A stretch of 64,000 bases of DNA from Nitrosopumilus sp. (GCA_965203315.1 OZ241857.1:704001-768000); one strand, 5' to 3'; counted from the stretch's first letter, positions 18,397-28,925 are shown. Translations and numbers: made by a program. Notes: a model not told the origin generated them from the letters alone.

Positions 18397-18570
18397 GGTT
18401 CAGTTCAATTGACGGGGGTTGGCATTTTCTGCACAAAATTCTCGAAACTTTGCAAAATATGGAAACGGTCTCATATAGACTATCGTAAATTCTACTGTTT
18501 TGAGTCTCATAGTGTGCGTTCTTTGAGATAACGTCACAACGATTTCAACCCCCGTAAATTGAACAGAACC
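18397..18570 (+). mobile_element. MITE family A
   Basis: ggttcagttcaattgac ... aattgaacagaacc; truncates the adjacent transposase remnant. Confidence 0.9.
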
Positions 18571-18821
18571 CTGGCAAACAATTTTTGAATCCAACGAACC
18601 GATATGCCCATCTGTTCTGCAATGACAGAGTTCTTGGTTCCTTTGTTCTTTTCTCGTACAATGTATTGTACTTTTTGTTGATCTAATTTACTCATTCTTC
18701 GAATTCGCTTCTTGCCTACATATTTCCACCTCCCATCATAGCTGCGTACACGCTTTTGACACTGCTTGGAACTTGCACCTACATTCTTGATTGAGGGGTG
18801 AACTACTTTCCGGATCTTACA
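18571..18821 (-). pseudogene. IS481-like element remnant (left end plus transposase N-terminal HTH)
   Basis: Minus strand starts TGTAAGATCCGGAAAGTAGTTCACCCC; ATG 18695 gives MSKLDQQKVQYIVREK..IAEQMGISVRWIQKLFAR, cut by MITE A; family from recalled similarity. Confidence 0.65.
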
Positions 18822-18912
18822 GCCAGAACTAAAAAGGAAAACACCTATAGCAGATAGACCTGTCAAAAAAAGAACAAAACAGATAGTTGAACCCGCAAAG
18901 TCTATGTATGGT

Positions 18913-19053
18913 AGACCGTATGCGTATTTCTTACATCATATGCACATTTTGAGGTACAATAAAATACATGTGTGATTTCCAGAGGCAAATTGATTCATTG
19001 TTATCATCTTTGATGATTGGACATGAGTACTCTTAATAATACGCATACAGTCT
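18913..19053 (-). mobile_element. MITE family B
   Basis: agaccgtatgcgtatt ... aatacgcatacagtct. Confidence 0.9.
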
Positions 19054-19162
19054 ATTAGTAAAATACATAATCCCCTAATCTGACGATACATGCAATGAGT
19101 ATCTGCATAGAGTTAGAACAATATGTGAAAGAAACTAGTTGCCTACAGATGACGCGATTCGC

Positions 19163-19232
19163 TATCCATTATCCATTATCCATTATCCATTATCCATTAT
19201 CCATTATCCATTATCCATTATCCATTATCCAT
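19163..19232 (+). repeat. Heptanucleotide microsatellite (TATCCAT)10
   Basis: Ten perfect units ending 35 bp before the Type ISP ATG and running into TTATAT. Confidence 0.97.
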
Positions 19233-19267
19233 TATATGATGACACAAAGTTTGAGGGGTGCCTCTAG

Positions 19268-22200
19268 ATGGGCACCTCAAAGGCATCAACCTTTGATGAG
19301 GTGCTATCAACAATACGAGCATCTGCAACGAGTACCTCTGATCTCGGTAAACGATTCGAGAGACTGACCAAAGACTTTTTCAAGATAGATTCCATGTATA
19401 GTAGACGATTCAGACGCGTCTATCTGTGGTCAGAGTGGCCCAAACGAGACGGCACAGATACGGGAATCGATATCGTGGCAGAACAGTTTGATGGTACACT
19501 CTGTGCTGTACAGTGCAAGTGCTATGATGACTATGCCAGTCTAGACATGAAGTCGGTTGCCAAGTTTCTGGCCAAAGCAAACTCGATCGGTATAGAGAAC
19601 AAGATTCTAGTGTATACTGGCGATACATTTACTAGTCATGCACAAAAGTTGTTGCTTGATTCCAAGTGTTCCATAATAGATCAAGAACACTTTCGTAGTT
19701 CTAGTATCGATTGGAGTGATTATCCAAAACTTGTACGAGTCAAAGATCAAAAACAGCTCAGACCTCATCAGGTATCTGCACTAAAAGACGTGATAGATGG
19801 ATTTCAGAGGCATGATCGTGGTAAACTGATCATGGCGTGTGGTACAGGCAAGACTCTAACAGCACTGCACATTGCAGAAGAACAGGTTGGTATAGGCGGT
19901 ATAGTACTGTATGTTGTACCTTCTATCTCTCTGATACTACAGAGTATGCGAGAGTGGTCCGACAACGGTACCATACAACATAGTTACATGGCTGTATGTT
20001 CAGATAAATCTACAGGTGAAGACGGTTCCATAACAGAACTAGAGTCACCGGTATCTACAGATCATACGACACTACGCCCCTACATTGTATCACGACCAAA
20101 AGATGCAATGACCGTAATATTCTCTACGTATCATTCTATAGACGTTATAAAACAAGCTGCAAAAAATATACAGTTTGATCTGATATTATGTGACGAAGCC
20201 CATCGTACAACAGGAGTAGAAGACAAGTCGTTCTTTACAGCTGTACACAAGGACACAAACATACACGGCAAGAAACGACTCTACATGACTGCTACACCTC
20301 GTGTGTACAGCGATATTATACAAGCCAAGATGGGCAAGGTAATCTATTCTATGGATGATGAAGAGAGATATGGGCCAACATTCCATAGACTGAGTTTTAC
20401 AGCTGCAGTACAACAAAAGGTACTCTCTGACTTTAGAGTCAAGATTGCAATCGTACCAGCTGATAAAATAGACGCACAGTTTCAGCAATCGGTAACAGAC
20501 GAGGACCACTCCATACCGTTAGACGAACGTACGTTACTAGCAGCTGTATGGCACGGCATACAATATCCCGATGATAATAAAACACCAAAACTGTTACAAC
20601 GTGTTATTGCATTTGCAAATCGTATAGACCGTTCTCAAATGTTTGCAGGCGAGATAACCGACGGAAACAACATTGATCGTAGTTTTGCAAGTATCGTATC
20701 CCAGTATGAAGAAAAAAAGAACACGGGACATAAAGTCCAAGTCAAACACATGGACGGCAAGACTAGGGCAATAGAACGAAGAGATAAACTACGTTGGTTA
20801 GACGAGAGTACTGATGATCCCAACACTTGTAGAATAGTCTCTAATGCCAGATGTCTATCTGAGGGTATAGATGTACCTGCTCTAGACGGTGTAATCTTTT
20901 TAAATCCGCGCAAGTCTCGAGTCGATGTAGTCCAGTCTGTAGGTCGAGTCATGCGTAGATCCGCGGGTAAGAAATATGGCTATGTGATATTGCCGGTTGC
21001 AATCCCAGCTGGTGTCGAATACCACAAGGCACTAGACAACAACAAGACCTTTGCTGTCGTATGGCAGGTACTAAACGCACTACGTTCACATGACGAGTCG
21101 TTTGGTGCCGAGATCAACAGTCTGATACTAGACAAAAACACAGAGAATACGAGTCCTACTCCCAGAATCAGTGTATCTGTTTTAGATGATACATTTGTCG
21201 AGAGTGAACCGATTACAAAGTTCTTTGATCATGTAAAGTCTCAACTGGTCAAAAAGGTAGGAGACGTAGACTATTATGACAAGTATGGTGAAAAGATTGG
21301 TTCTGCAGCTAGTACGATACAGTCTAGAATCGAAAATCTGTTAAAGACAAATGATACCATACAACACGAGGTATCTAAATTTCATAAATCACTACAAGAT
21401 CTGATAAACGATACCATATCTGAATATGATACTGTACAGGCCCTAGCACACCACATGGTACTTGCTCCTGTATTTGATGGACTATTTACAGGACAGTTCA
21501 CATCATACAATCCGATATCTAGAGCATTTGAAGATATCATATGTACCATGGGACTACGCGAAGAGCTCGAGATCCTAGAAGAATTCTATGATGAAGTACA
21601 GCAAGAGATCAAGAACATCAATACAGGTACAGCAAGACAAGAGTTCATCAAGAGAATATATGGAAATTTCTTTGAATCTGCTGATAAAAAAGGAACAGAA
21701 CAACACGGTATCGTATACACACCTGTACAGATCGTCGATTTTATAATACATAGTGTACAGTATATTCTCAAGAAGGAATTCAACACCGAATTTGCAGACA
21801 GACAAGTCAAAGTTCTAGACCCATTCACAGGTACTGGTACATTCCTTGCACAACTGATAAACTCTAGATATCTGGGTGAGAACATTTACGAAAAGTACAA
21901 ACACGATCTATACGCAAACGAACTGATCCTACTAGCATATTACGTTGCAACTGTAAACATCGAGACGGTATATTCCAGTGTACGAAACGGACACAGACAT
22001 GTTCCGTTTGATGGCATCAGTTATACCGATACACTAAAGATAAATCCACTATATCGCACAGACGAGAGACATAGAGTACAGCTCAAACCATTCACAGGTC
22101 AGTTCAAACAGGCACACGAACGAGTGCATGCTCAGAGATGGTCTCATCTACACGTGATAATGGGGAATCCGCCTTATTCAGTAGGTCAAAAAAACGCTAG

Positions 22201-23920
22201 TGATGAAAATCCCAACATAAAATATCCTGAATTGGATCAACGTATTAAAGATACATTCAAACTAAAAACCAAAACAGTCAGAGTAACGTCACTGTATGAT
22301 TCATACATTCGCTCAATCCGTTGGGCGTCTGACAGGATAGGCGAATCAGGCATAATTGGCTTTGTAACCAACGCTAGTTTCATTCGTTCTCCATCTACTA
22401 CGGGCGTACGCGCCTCACTCCACGAAGAATTCACAGACATTTACTGCTTTGACCTGCGAGGAAATGCACGAACACAAGGCGAAATACGAAAGAAAGAAGC
22501 AGGAACAGTATTTGATTCAGGCTCGCGCGCACCAGTAGCCATCACAATACTAGTCAAAAACCCAAACAAGAAAAAACACACCATACATTACAAAGATATC
22601 GGCGACTATCTATCCAGAGAAGAAAAACTAGACACAATATCAAAATACAAATCCATCCAACACATCAAAGACTGGGATACCATCACACCCGACAAGCACC
22701 ACGACTGGGTTGGTCAACAAAACGAAGATTTTGAAAAGTATGTGGAAATGGGCAACAAGAATACTAAATATGGCAAAGAATCATCTTCAATATTCAAAGT
22801 ATACTCGCTAGGTACTTCAACTAATCGTGATGCTTGGGTTTATAATTCTTCTAAAGAAGTTCTAACAGACAACATGAAGAGACATGTCGATTTTTGCAAA
22901 ACAATAGATTTGAAAAACATAAAACTAAATCCAAAAATGGGAAAAATAACTAGAGGTCTAAAAAACAAATTAAAAAAATCTAAACCAAAGTTTGATAAAA
23001 CTAAAATAAGACTGACAATTTATAGGCCATTCTTCAAACAATTTTTGTACTTTGACACAACACGAACATTTAACGAAGATGTTCATTTAATCCCAAAATT
23101 CTTCCCAACCGAAACCACCAAAAACCTCGCCATCATCGTCCCCTACAAGTATCACGGCAACCCATCCACGTTCATTACTGATATCACTCCTGATCTACAT
23201 GTAATCGAAGCATGTCAATGTTTTCCATTATACACATATGAGAACGGTGAGAAGAGAATCAACATTACAGATTACATATTAACACAATACCAAGATCACT
23301 ACAACGACAAGACAATAACCAAAGAGGACATCTTTTACTATACGTATGGTCTCTTACACCATGAAAAATACAAAAAGAAGTTCGCAAGCAACCTATCCAA
23401 AGAACTACCACGAATCCCTATGGCTCCAAACTTCCATACATTCAAAACAGCTGGACGTAAACTAGCAGATCTCCACATACACTACGAGACCTGTAAAAAA
23501 TATCCACTCAAACCTAAAGCCAAGTTTGGCAAGCTAGTAAAGATGGCATTCCCCAAAGTAACAAAAAACGGTAAAAAGATTCCAGACAAGACACGACTAT
23601 TCATAAACGGAATCGAGGTCTTTGATCTACCTGAAATAAAATACACAGTAAACGGCAGAACCACAATCGAGTGGGTTATAGATCGATACCGTAAAACAAC
23701 AGACAAGGACAGTGGCATAGTAAATGATCCGACCGAAACAATGACCGAAGAAAAGACAATATCAATGATTCAACGACTCGTACACGTAAGTGTCGAATCT
23801 GACAAGATCATCAAAGAACTATCCAAAGAACCATTTGAACCTAAAGCATGGAAGCCGAAACCCTCTGGTCTAGACAGATACACCAACCCTAAAAACTATC
23901 AGTCAAAGTTGAGAGGTTGA
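19268..23920 (+). CDS. Type ISP restriction-modification enzyme (Mrr-like nuclease, SF2 helicase, N6A methyltransferase, TRD)
   Basis: GIDIV..QCK nuclease, MACGTGKT, DEAH, QSVGRVMR, DPFTGTG, GNPPY, LlaGI/LlaBIII-type architecture, 1550 aa. Confidence 0.93.
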   Translation: MGTSKASTFDEVLSTIRASATSTSDLGKRFERLTKDFFKIDSMYSRRFRRVYLWSEWPKRDGTDTGIDIVAEQFDGTLCAVQCKCYDDYASLDMKSVAKFLAKANSIGIENKILVYTGDTFTSHAQKLLLDSKCSIIDQEHFRSSSIDWSDYPKLVRVKDQKQLRPHQVSALKDVIDGFQRHDRGKLIMACGTGKTLTALHIAEEQVGIGGIVLYVVPSISLILQSMREWSDNGTIQHSYMAVCSDKSTGEDGSITELESPVSTDHTTLRPYIVSRPKDAMTVIFSTYHSIDVIKQAAKNIQFDLILCDEAHRTTGVEDKSFFTAVHKDTNIHGKKRLYMTATPRVYSDIIQAKMGKVIYSMDDEERYGPTFHRLSFTAAVQQKVLSDFRVKIAIVPADKIDAQFQQSVTDEDHSIPLDERTLLAAVWHGIQYPDDNKTPKLLQRVIAFANRIDRSQMFAGEITDGNNIDRSFASIVSQYEEKKNTGHKVQVKHMDGKTRAIERRDKLRWLDESTDDPNTCRIVSNARCLSEGIDVPALDGVIFLNPRKSRVDVVQSVGRVMRRSAGKKYGYVILPVAIPAGVEYHKALDNNKTFAVVWQVLNALRSHDESFGAEINSLILDKNTENTSPTPRISVSVLDDTFVESEPITKFFDHVKSQLVKKVGDVDYYDKYGEKIGSAASTIQSRIENLLKTNDTIQHEVSKFHKSLQDLINDTISEYDTVQALAHHMVLAPVFDGLFTGQFTSYNPISRAFEDIICTMGLREELEILEEFYDEVQQEIKNINTGTARQEFIKRIYGNFFESADKKGTEQHGIVYTPVQIVDFIIHSVQYILKKEFNTEFADRQVKVLDPFTGTGTFLAQLINSRYLGENIYEKYKHDLYANELILLAYYVATVNIETVYSSVRNGHRHVPFDGISYTDTLKINPLYRTDERHRVQLKPFTGQFKQAHERVHAQRWSHLHVIMGNPPYSVGQKNASDENPNIKYPELDQRIKDTFKLKTKTVRVTSLYDSYIRSIRWASDRIGESGIIGFVTNASFIRSPSTTGVRASLHEEFTDIYCFDLRGNARTQGEIRKKEAGTVFDSGSRAPVAITILVKNPNKKKHTIHYKDIGDYLSREEKLDTISKYKSIQHIKDWDTITPDKHHDWVGQQNEDFEKYVEMGNKNTKYGKESSSIFKVYSLGTSTNRDAWVYNSSKEVLTDNMKRHVDFCKTIDLKNIKLNPKMGKITRGLKNKLKKSKPKFDKTKIRLTIYRPFFKQFLYFDTTRTFNEDVHLIPKFFPTETTKNLAIIVPYKYHGNPSTFITDITPDLHVIEACQCFPLYTYENGEKRINITDYILTQYQDHYNDKTITKEDIFYYTYGLLHHEKYKKKFASNLSKELPRIPMAPNFHTFKTAGRKLADLHIHYETCKKYPLKPKAKFGKLVKMAFPKVTKNGKKIPDKTRLFINGIEVFDLPEIKYTVNGRTTIEWVIDRYRKTTDKDSGIVNDPTETMTEEKTISMIQRLVHVSVESDKIIKELSKEPFEPKAWKPKPSGLDRYTNPKNYQSKLRG

Positions 23921-23968
23921 ACTATCGATATGATGTTTGAGTAACTCGATATCATAATGTGTTGGATT

Positions 23969-24307
23969 TTATGAATGAAATATCCGCCACAGACTAGATC
24001 CACAGTCAGGACACTTTCTCTCGCCATGAATCAACTCGCACGACACGCAGCAGAACTCTATTTGAGGTTTATCAATATCGGGAGTATTCGATACATCAGA
24101 TGTATTACTCGATGTACCAGATGTCTCACTAACCTGTGACCTCATCACGCCAGAACGAGACTGTTCATACTCTCGAAGTCTCTGTACCTCTCTTTGCAGA
24201 TTGTCAAAGTCGCTCAGTTTACTTGCTAGTTCTGCCTTTAGTGTGTTTTTCTTCATACCGTAATTTGACACACAGTATTCTATCAAAGAATAAAGTCGCG
24301 CAATCAA
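23969..24307 (-). CDS. Hypothetical protein, coiled coil plus C-terminal zinc ribbon
   Basis: CVSC...CPDCGS; start uncertain (ATG at MKKNT more likely). Confidence 0.5.
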   Translation of the reverse strand: MIARLYSLIEYCVSNYGMKKNTLKAELASKLSDFDNLQREVQRLREYEQSRSGVMRSQVSETSGTSSNTSDVSNTPDIDKPQIEFCCVSCELIHGERKCPDCGSSLWRIFHS

Positions 24308-24420
24308 AGGTCATCTTGGAACTGATGTGACGAATATCTCTATCAATCCAATTTGAATAACGATCTACAACTTTCCAATCTGCTACATGAAACGAAAGAA
24401 TAGTATGAGCAGCACTATAC

Positions 24421-24539
24421 GGATCTCTTCGGTTTATGTGGGATGATATTGTACAAGACTGTTCTCACTGAATTTTCCTTATGGAATCACATAGTACTTT
24501 TTCTGTAAAAATTCTGTCTCATGTAAACCTAAGAGATCC
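24421..24539 (+). mobile_element. MITE family F (about 118 bp)
   Basis: TIR ggatctcttcggttta / taaacctaagagatcc; colinear with 56442-56557. Confidence 0.8.
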
Positions 24540-24543
24540 TCAC

Positions 24544-24678
24544 TATAGTCGTGAACATAATAATTTTCCTAGTGCATAGTATCACAATTTGGCATTATCC
24601 GTTCCGCTAGAGGTAAATTTCGTCTCTGATCTCACATATGCAAAAGTAAACAAGAAAACAATTCCGTTTGTGACTATA
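24544..24678 (+). mobile_element. MITE family E (135 bp, TA-terminated)
   Basis: TIR tatagtcgtgaac / gtttgtgactata; 4 bp from MITE F. Confidence 0.85.
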
Positions 24679-24720
24679 GACACACCATAGGAATAAGAAA
24701 AATCGTTGATTCTGGTCTTT

Positions 24721-25308
24721 TCATTTTGTCTTGTCTTTCCACTTGATATGACCGTTTATTTCATGCTTTTCATACACATCTAGTATATCCGTGCAGAAAC
24801 TAGCAAGAGCAATATCATTATTCTTAGTCGATCTGTTCAATAAATTGATGAAAAGTTTCTTTGCTGTCTCGGTTTGATTGTAGTTTTTCTTTTTGAAATT
24901 GTGAATAGAACATAACACTTGTCCGTTGTCTATTGTAGATCTACCTCCTTTATCTCGCGGTTTGATGTGATCGATATGCATTGTCTCACCATCGGCTTCA
25001 CTCTTACCACACACAACACATTTGTAACCATCTCGCTCTAGTATCTCTTCTTTTTGTGATCGTGTAAAGTCATGGAGTCTTGCTTTCGGTTTTGGATTAT
25101 ACCGGTATACCCCAATACTGATCTTGTCTAGATATCCTTCTTGATGTAAGATCCTAATCTGTCTATCTGGATCGCGAAATACTTTGCCTGTTCTTTTCTT
25201 GTATTCGCTTGTGACCCAATCAATAATCTCAGGATGTTTTATGTCCCGGTCAGGATTGTTCTTGTAAAACTCTAGAACTATGTCACGTTGGGTAATTTTA
25301 GTTGACAT
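24721..25308 (-). CDS. HNH endonuclease, putative Type II restriction enzyme
   Basis: RDGYKCVVC..HIDHIKP..GG..NGQVLCSIHN; overlaps methyltransferase 3' end. Confidence 0.85.
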   Translation of the reverse strand: MSTKITQRDIVLEFYKNNPDRDIKHPEIIDWVTSEYKKRTGKVFRDPDRQIRILHQEGYLDKISIGVYRYNPKPKARLHDFTRSQKEEILERDGYKCVVCGKSEADGETMHIDHIKPRDKGGRSTIDNGQVLCSIHNFKKKNYNQTETAKKLFINLLNRSTKNNDIALASFCTDILDVYEKHEINGHIKWKDKTK

Positions 25309-26045
25309 TGGCTTGACTCTATCCTCTCTTTTGCAAGTTTGTGATACTCTTTTGATATCTCGACACCTATAGCCTTACGCCCATTTGATATTGATTCTAG
25401 GACAGTGGTTCCAGAGCCAGAGAATGGATCCAGTATAGTATCTTCAAGATATGAAAACAACTGAATACAGCGTCTAGGTAGTTCGGGAGGAAAGGGAGCT
25501 GGATGTCCATTCTTTCTTGAACCGCCAAAAATCCACAGACCATTAGTCCATTTGATAAAATCATCGCGTTGTATCGTTGATGTTCCTTTATAGTCTCGCT
25601 TCCACTCGTCTTTGTATAAGACTAGGATGACTTCAACGGGAGCTATAACATGAGGTGCCGAAGCTGATAGCCACGAGCCCCACGCAGTTCTCCTCGATAC
25701 TGTTCCTTCATTCCAGATTATAGTACTATGGTACTTCCAACCCATATCCATAGCTAGTTTTGTTATGTCCGAGCATATTGGTCGCTTGCCGTTCTTGTTC
25801 TTATCTAGTCCCACATTGAGACACAGTCGCCCTGTAGGTTTTGTCCAATACAAAATATTCGAGAGGTACTCTTTTGAAAAATTTAGGTATTCGTCATACG
25901 ACACATCATCTTGACTTCCTCCTTTGTAAGATACTCCCACATTATACGGAGGAGACGTTATAGTGACATTTATTGACTCTCTTTCTAGTGTATTCCTGTC
26001 CAAAGAGTTTGCATTGAGTAGTTTGTAGAGATTTATCTTTGACAC
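25278..26045 (-). CDS. Beta-class amino-DNA methyltransferase (probably N4-cytosine)
   Basis: TSPPY motif IV before HPAPFP and DPFSGSGTT motif I. Confidence 0.92.
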   Translation of the reverse strand: MSKINLYKLLNANSLDRNTLERESINVTITSPPYNVGVSYKGGSQDDVSYDEYLNFSKEYLSNILYWTKPTGRLCLNVGLDKNKNGKRPICSDITKLAMDMGWKYHSTIIWNEGTVSRRTAWGSWLSASAPHVIAPVEVILVLYKDEWKRDYKGTSTIQRDDFIKWTNGLWIFGGSRKNGHPAPFPPELPRRCIQLFSYLEDTILDPFSGSGTTVLESISNGRKAIGVEISKEYHKLAKERIESSQCQLKLPNVT

Positions 26046-26148
26046 CTCGGAACTAGCTTCTTATCTTCAATCAAGAATATCATACTAGGTATTAGAGACA
26101 TGTCAATTATAGGTTTTGTTGTACGATAAACATGTCTAATAATATCAT

Positions 26149-26288
26149 AGACTGTATGCGTATTATTAAGAGTGCCCATCTCCAATCATCAAACATGGTA
26201 ACAATGAATCAATTTGCCTCTAGAAATCACACTTGTTTTTTATTGTACATTAAACGTGAGTATGATGTAAGAAATACGCATACAGTCT
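26149..26288 (+). mobile_element. MITE family B
   Basis: agactgtatgcgtatt ... aatacgcatacagtct; truncates the transposase pseudogene. Confidence 0.92.
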
Positions 26289-27138
26289 CCTGTGAAATTT
26301 TCAAACATTGTTCGTAGTATGTTTATCTCTGCTGTATCGGCATAGTGCACCTTACTAGTGTACAGAATCAATTTGTCTTGATTTGTTAGGATCACTTGGC
26401 GATAGACGTGTTTCTTTGATTTGCCTGAATAAGCTGCTGTTTCATCCTTTGATTTTTTTGGCTTGTCTATCTCTGTCTCGAATCCATCCACGAATATTCT
26501 ACCACCTCTCTCGCCTGACCCATCTCTTGAACTCTAGTTGTTTTACAGCTAGTGATCTTTTCAAATATGTTCTCTACTAAAGTACTATTGGTCTCTAAAA
26601 AGTTCGATACATATGCTAGATGTCGAGATACCGTACCTTGATCTAGATCAAACAAACCTCCGATCTTCCATTGTGATAGCCCACATCTCAGATATGCGAT
26701 TATCATGAACAGATAGTACTTGGACATGTACCTACACACGTTTCCTTGTGTTACAAAGATATCCGAGAACTGTGGAGTTTTATCTGGATGTTCTTCCATA
26801 TACTCTACAAACCGTTTGTGTATGTCATCAAATCGCTCTTGTGTCATCCTAACGTACATATAGAAGAGCTTTGGATTGCTCATTATTCTGTTCCAAAACT
26901 CTAACAGGTGTTGCGTATCTCGTTTGTTCGGTTTACGTTTAAGTGAACACACCCACATCGATTCTTCAATCTTTTGTTTGGCATGTGCAAAGTCGAGTTC
27001 CTCATTCAATTCTTTAACTTTGGTCTTTAATTCTGACTCTAGCTCTAGCTGCATCACGTTCACTAGTTTGGCTAGTCTTCGTTCTAGCGATTGTATCCTT
27101 TTGTTTTCTGTGTCAGAACATACAGTAACACACTTCAT
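26289..27138 (-). pseudogene. IS5-family (ISL2-group, HTH_Tnp_4 + DDE_Tnp_4) transposase, frameshifted and truncated
   Basis: YLRCGLSQWKIGGLFDLDQGTVSRH HTH in 26467-27138; DGFETEIDKP..YSGKSKKH in a second frame 26240-26491; distal DDE residues missing. Confidence 0.8.
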
Positions 27139-27353
27139 AATGGCTTCTACACATTACCTATCTAAGCAACTAGGTCAGATTCTGTCTATAAGGATGTAAA
27201 CCAAATCTCACCGTTTGCGCCTGTGAAAACGAATTATACATGATATCTACTGGATCGATTCAAGACTTTTTCATACCTACAAAATGTTCCAGTTCTGGCA
27301 CCATGACTATACAATTCCAGAATATTTTTATGTACTTGTGAGCATGAAATAAT

Positions 27354-27968
27354 ATGGCAATTGAGAGTAAGATGTTAGAGATCAGTGAGATTGAAGAGTA
27401 TATCATCTTACTAGTACATGTAAAGGACGAACCCGTACAAGGTAGACAAAAACTCCAATTCTTGCTGTACATATTGGGTGATTCGTACGAAGAGCTTAGA
27501 GAGTTATGCAACTTTACAATCAAAGATAATGGTCCATACAGTACAGTATTGGATACGTCTCTAGATCGCCTTATACGTCTAGGTCTACTAGTAGAACGTG
27601 ATGATAGCATACAATTAGCCGAAAAGAGTACTACATATGCCAAAGAGATCATAGATAAAAAAGACAAGATTTTAAAGTTTCCTGGCATGTTTGACCTAAA
27701 GATGTCATTTATATTTACAAAACACAAGAGTACCATAAACGATATCACCATTCCAGAGATGTTATCCTTCATGTACTGTTTGTATCCCGATATGCAAAAG
27801 GGTTCTACAACATATGAGAAATTAAAACTAGATATTAAAGAGCATTTATTTTCTTTGCTGTCAAAAGAAAAGTTGACTCTTGCGAGAGTTGGAGAATTTC
27901 TTAACATACCAATACATCTGATGATGAAAGAGGCAGGTAAACGTGGATTACTCAGGTTATATCCTTGA
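27354..27968 (+). CDS. Putative antitoxin: winged-helix (SocA/DUF4065-like) plus short C-terminal HTH
   Basis: GRQKLQFLLY..GPYS..YP pattern, LTLARVGEFLN tail; overlaps PIN gene start. Confidence 0.6.
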   Translation: MAIESKMLEISEIEEYIILLVHVKDEPVQGRQKLQFLLYILGDSYEELRELCNFTIKDNGPYSTVLDTSLDRLIRLGLLVERDDSIQLAEKSTTYAKEIIDKKDKILKFPGMFDLKMSFIFTKHKSTINDITIPEMLSFMYCLYPDMQKGSTTYEKLKLDIKEHLFSLLSKEKLTLARVGEFLNIPIHLMMKEAGKRGLLRLYP

Positions 27969-28474
27969 AAATATTCGATACGTCTGCACTAGTTGGAATA
28001 TTTAACGAAGCTAAAAGGCCAGACGTATTTGATGATCTCTTGTAGTTGGGACATAAATTAGCAACTACAAAATATGTGTTGGCAGAGATAAAGGATCCCA
28101 ACACTTGTACAAGTGTTAAACGATTATTAAGAGAAGATAAACTTGAACGCTTAGAAGAAAACTCACTTCAAGAGATTAGAGACTTTCAACGGACGTATTC
28201 AGAATTAGGAGAAGGTGAAACAGACGTAATCTTAACTTGGCAAAAATTAAGTTCCCATCAAGACAACGTTTATTGTATTTTAGATGACGGAAACGCACGA
28301 AATGCAGCATCGAAATTAAGTGTAAGATATACCGGCATGATAGGATTGTTGCAGATGCTAAAGACTCGTGGAATTAAGAGTCCAGGTGAGATCAGAGAGA
28401 TTTTCAAACTATTAAAAGAAGGAGGTTTCAGAATACCAAAACATATTGACATCAATGGGGTTCTTTTAACTTAA
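27965..28474 (+). pseudogene. PIN-domain (DUF3368-like) toxin with in-frame TAG at codon 27
   Basis: TTG 27965 gives KIFDTSALV.. in frame with LGEGE, ILDD..AR, GMIGLL, GFRI; stop at 28043-28045. Confidence 0.8.
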
Positions 28475-28925
28475 CGGGGGGTGACGTTGTTTTTAGTGTT
28501 TTTAATCAGCGAGTTGAGTGTTAAAATTTCATAACGACCCTGTTTCTCGATATCGTGTGTTATTTCATCTAATAAAAGTCGCACATGTGTTTTTGTAATT
28601 AAGATTTTTTACACATTGGTAGTAAAATATACCAAAGTGCAAAAGTATTTTCCAAGACGACACTAAAAGAACGTATATGTGCTATTTATGGATGTACTCA
28701 TCTCGTAATGACGACAGTGTATGTGCTATTCCTATAGGCAAAATCGTTCAAATGATGTCCTTTTGATTTCCGTAAAGATGTATTCATAATTACACACATA
28801 CTATTCTACAATTTATTTGGAAAATACTTTTGCACTTTGGTATATATTTTGATACATGATTCGTTATTTCTAAAATTTAATGTCAAATTTGTCAATTTAC
28901 TACCCCCCGATAAGTTAAAAGAACC
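28459..28925. mobile_element. Family C-type TIR element (467 bp) containing a nested element
   Basis: TIR ggttcttttaactta-a-cgggggg / ccccccg-a-taagttaaaagaacc; interior differs from the 176-bp copies. Confidence 0.85.
28627..28845. mobile_element. Nested MITE family D (TA-flanked, IS630/Tc1-like ends)
   Basis: Perfect 29-bp inverted repeat atataccaaagtgcaaaagtattttccaa (28627-28655 vs 28817-28845). Confidence 0.75.

Noticed and set aside
18400-18594. Short ORFs in or across MITEs (also 1058-1300, 26132-26317, 47816-48133, 54571-54792, 5195-5509)
   Set aside because: Frames are not conserved between MITE copies and show no protein motifs
19095-19367. 90-aa ORF with IIHYPLS repeats
   Set aside because: Translation of the TATCCAT microsatellite, overlapping the Type ISP start out of frame
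27260-27907. Long antisense ORFs (also 7714-8142, 35529-36059, 31891-32283 and others)
   Set aside because: Shadows of well-supported genes on the opposite strand
28043-28045. Pyrrolysine or programmed amber readthrough in the PIN gene
   Set aside because: TAG is used as a normal stop elsewhere in the window and no pyl machinery is visible; nonsense mutation is simpler
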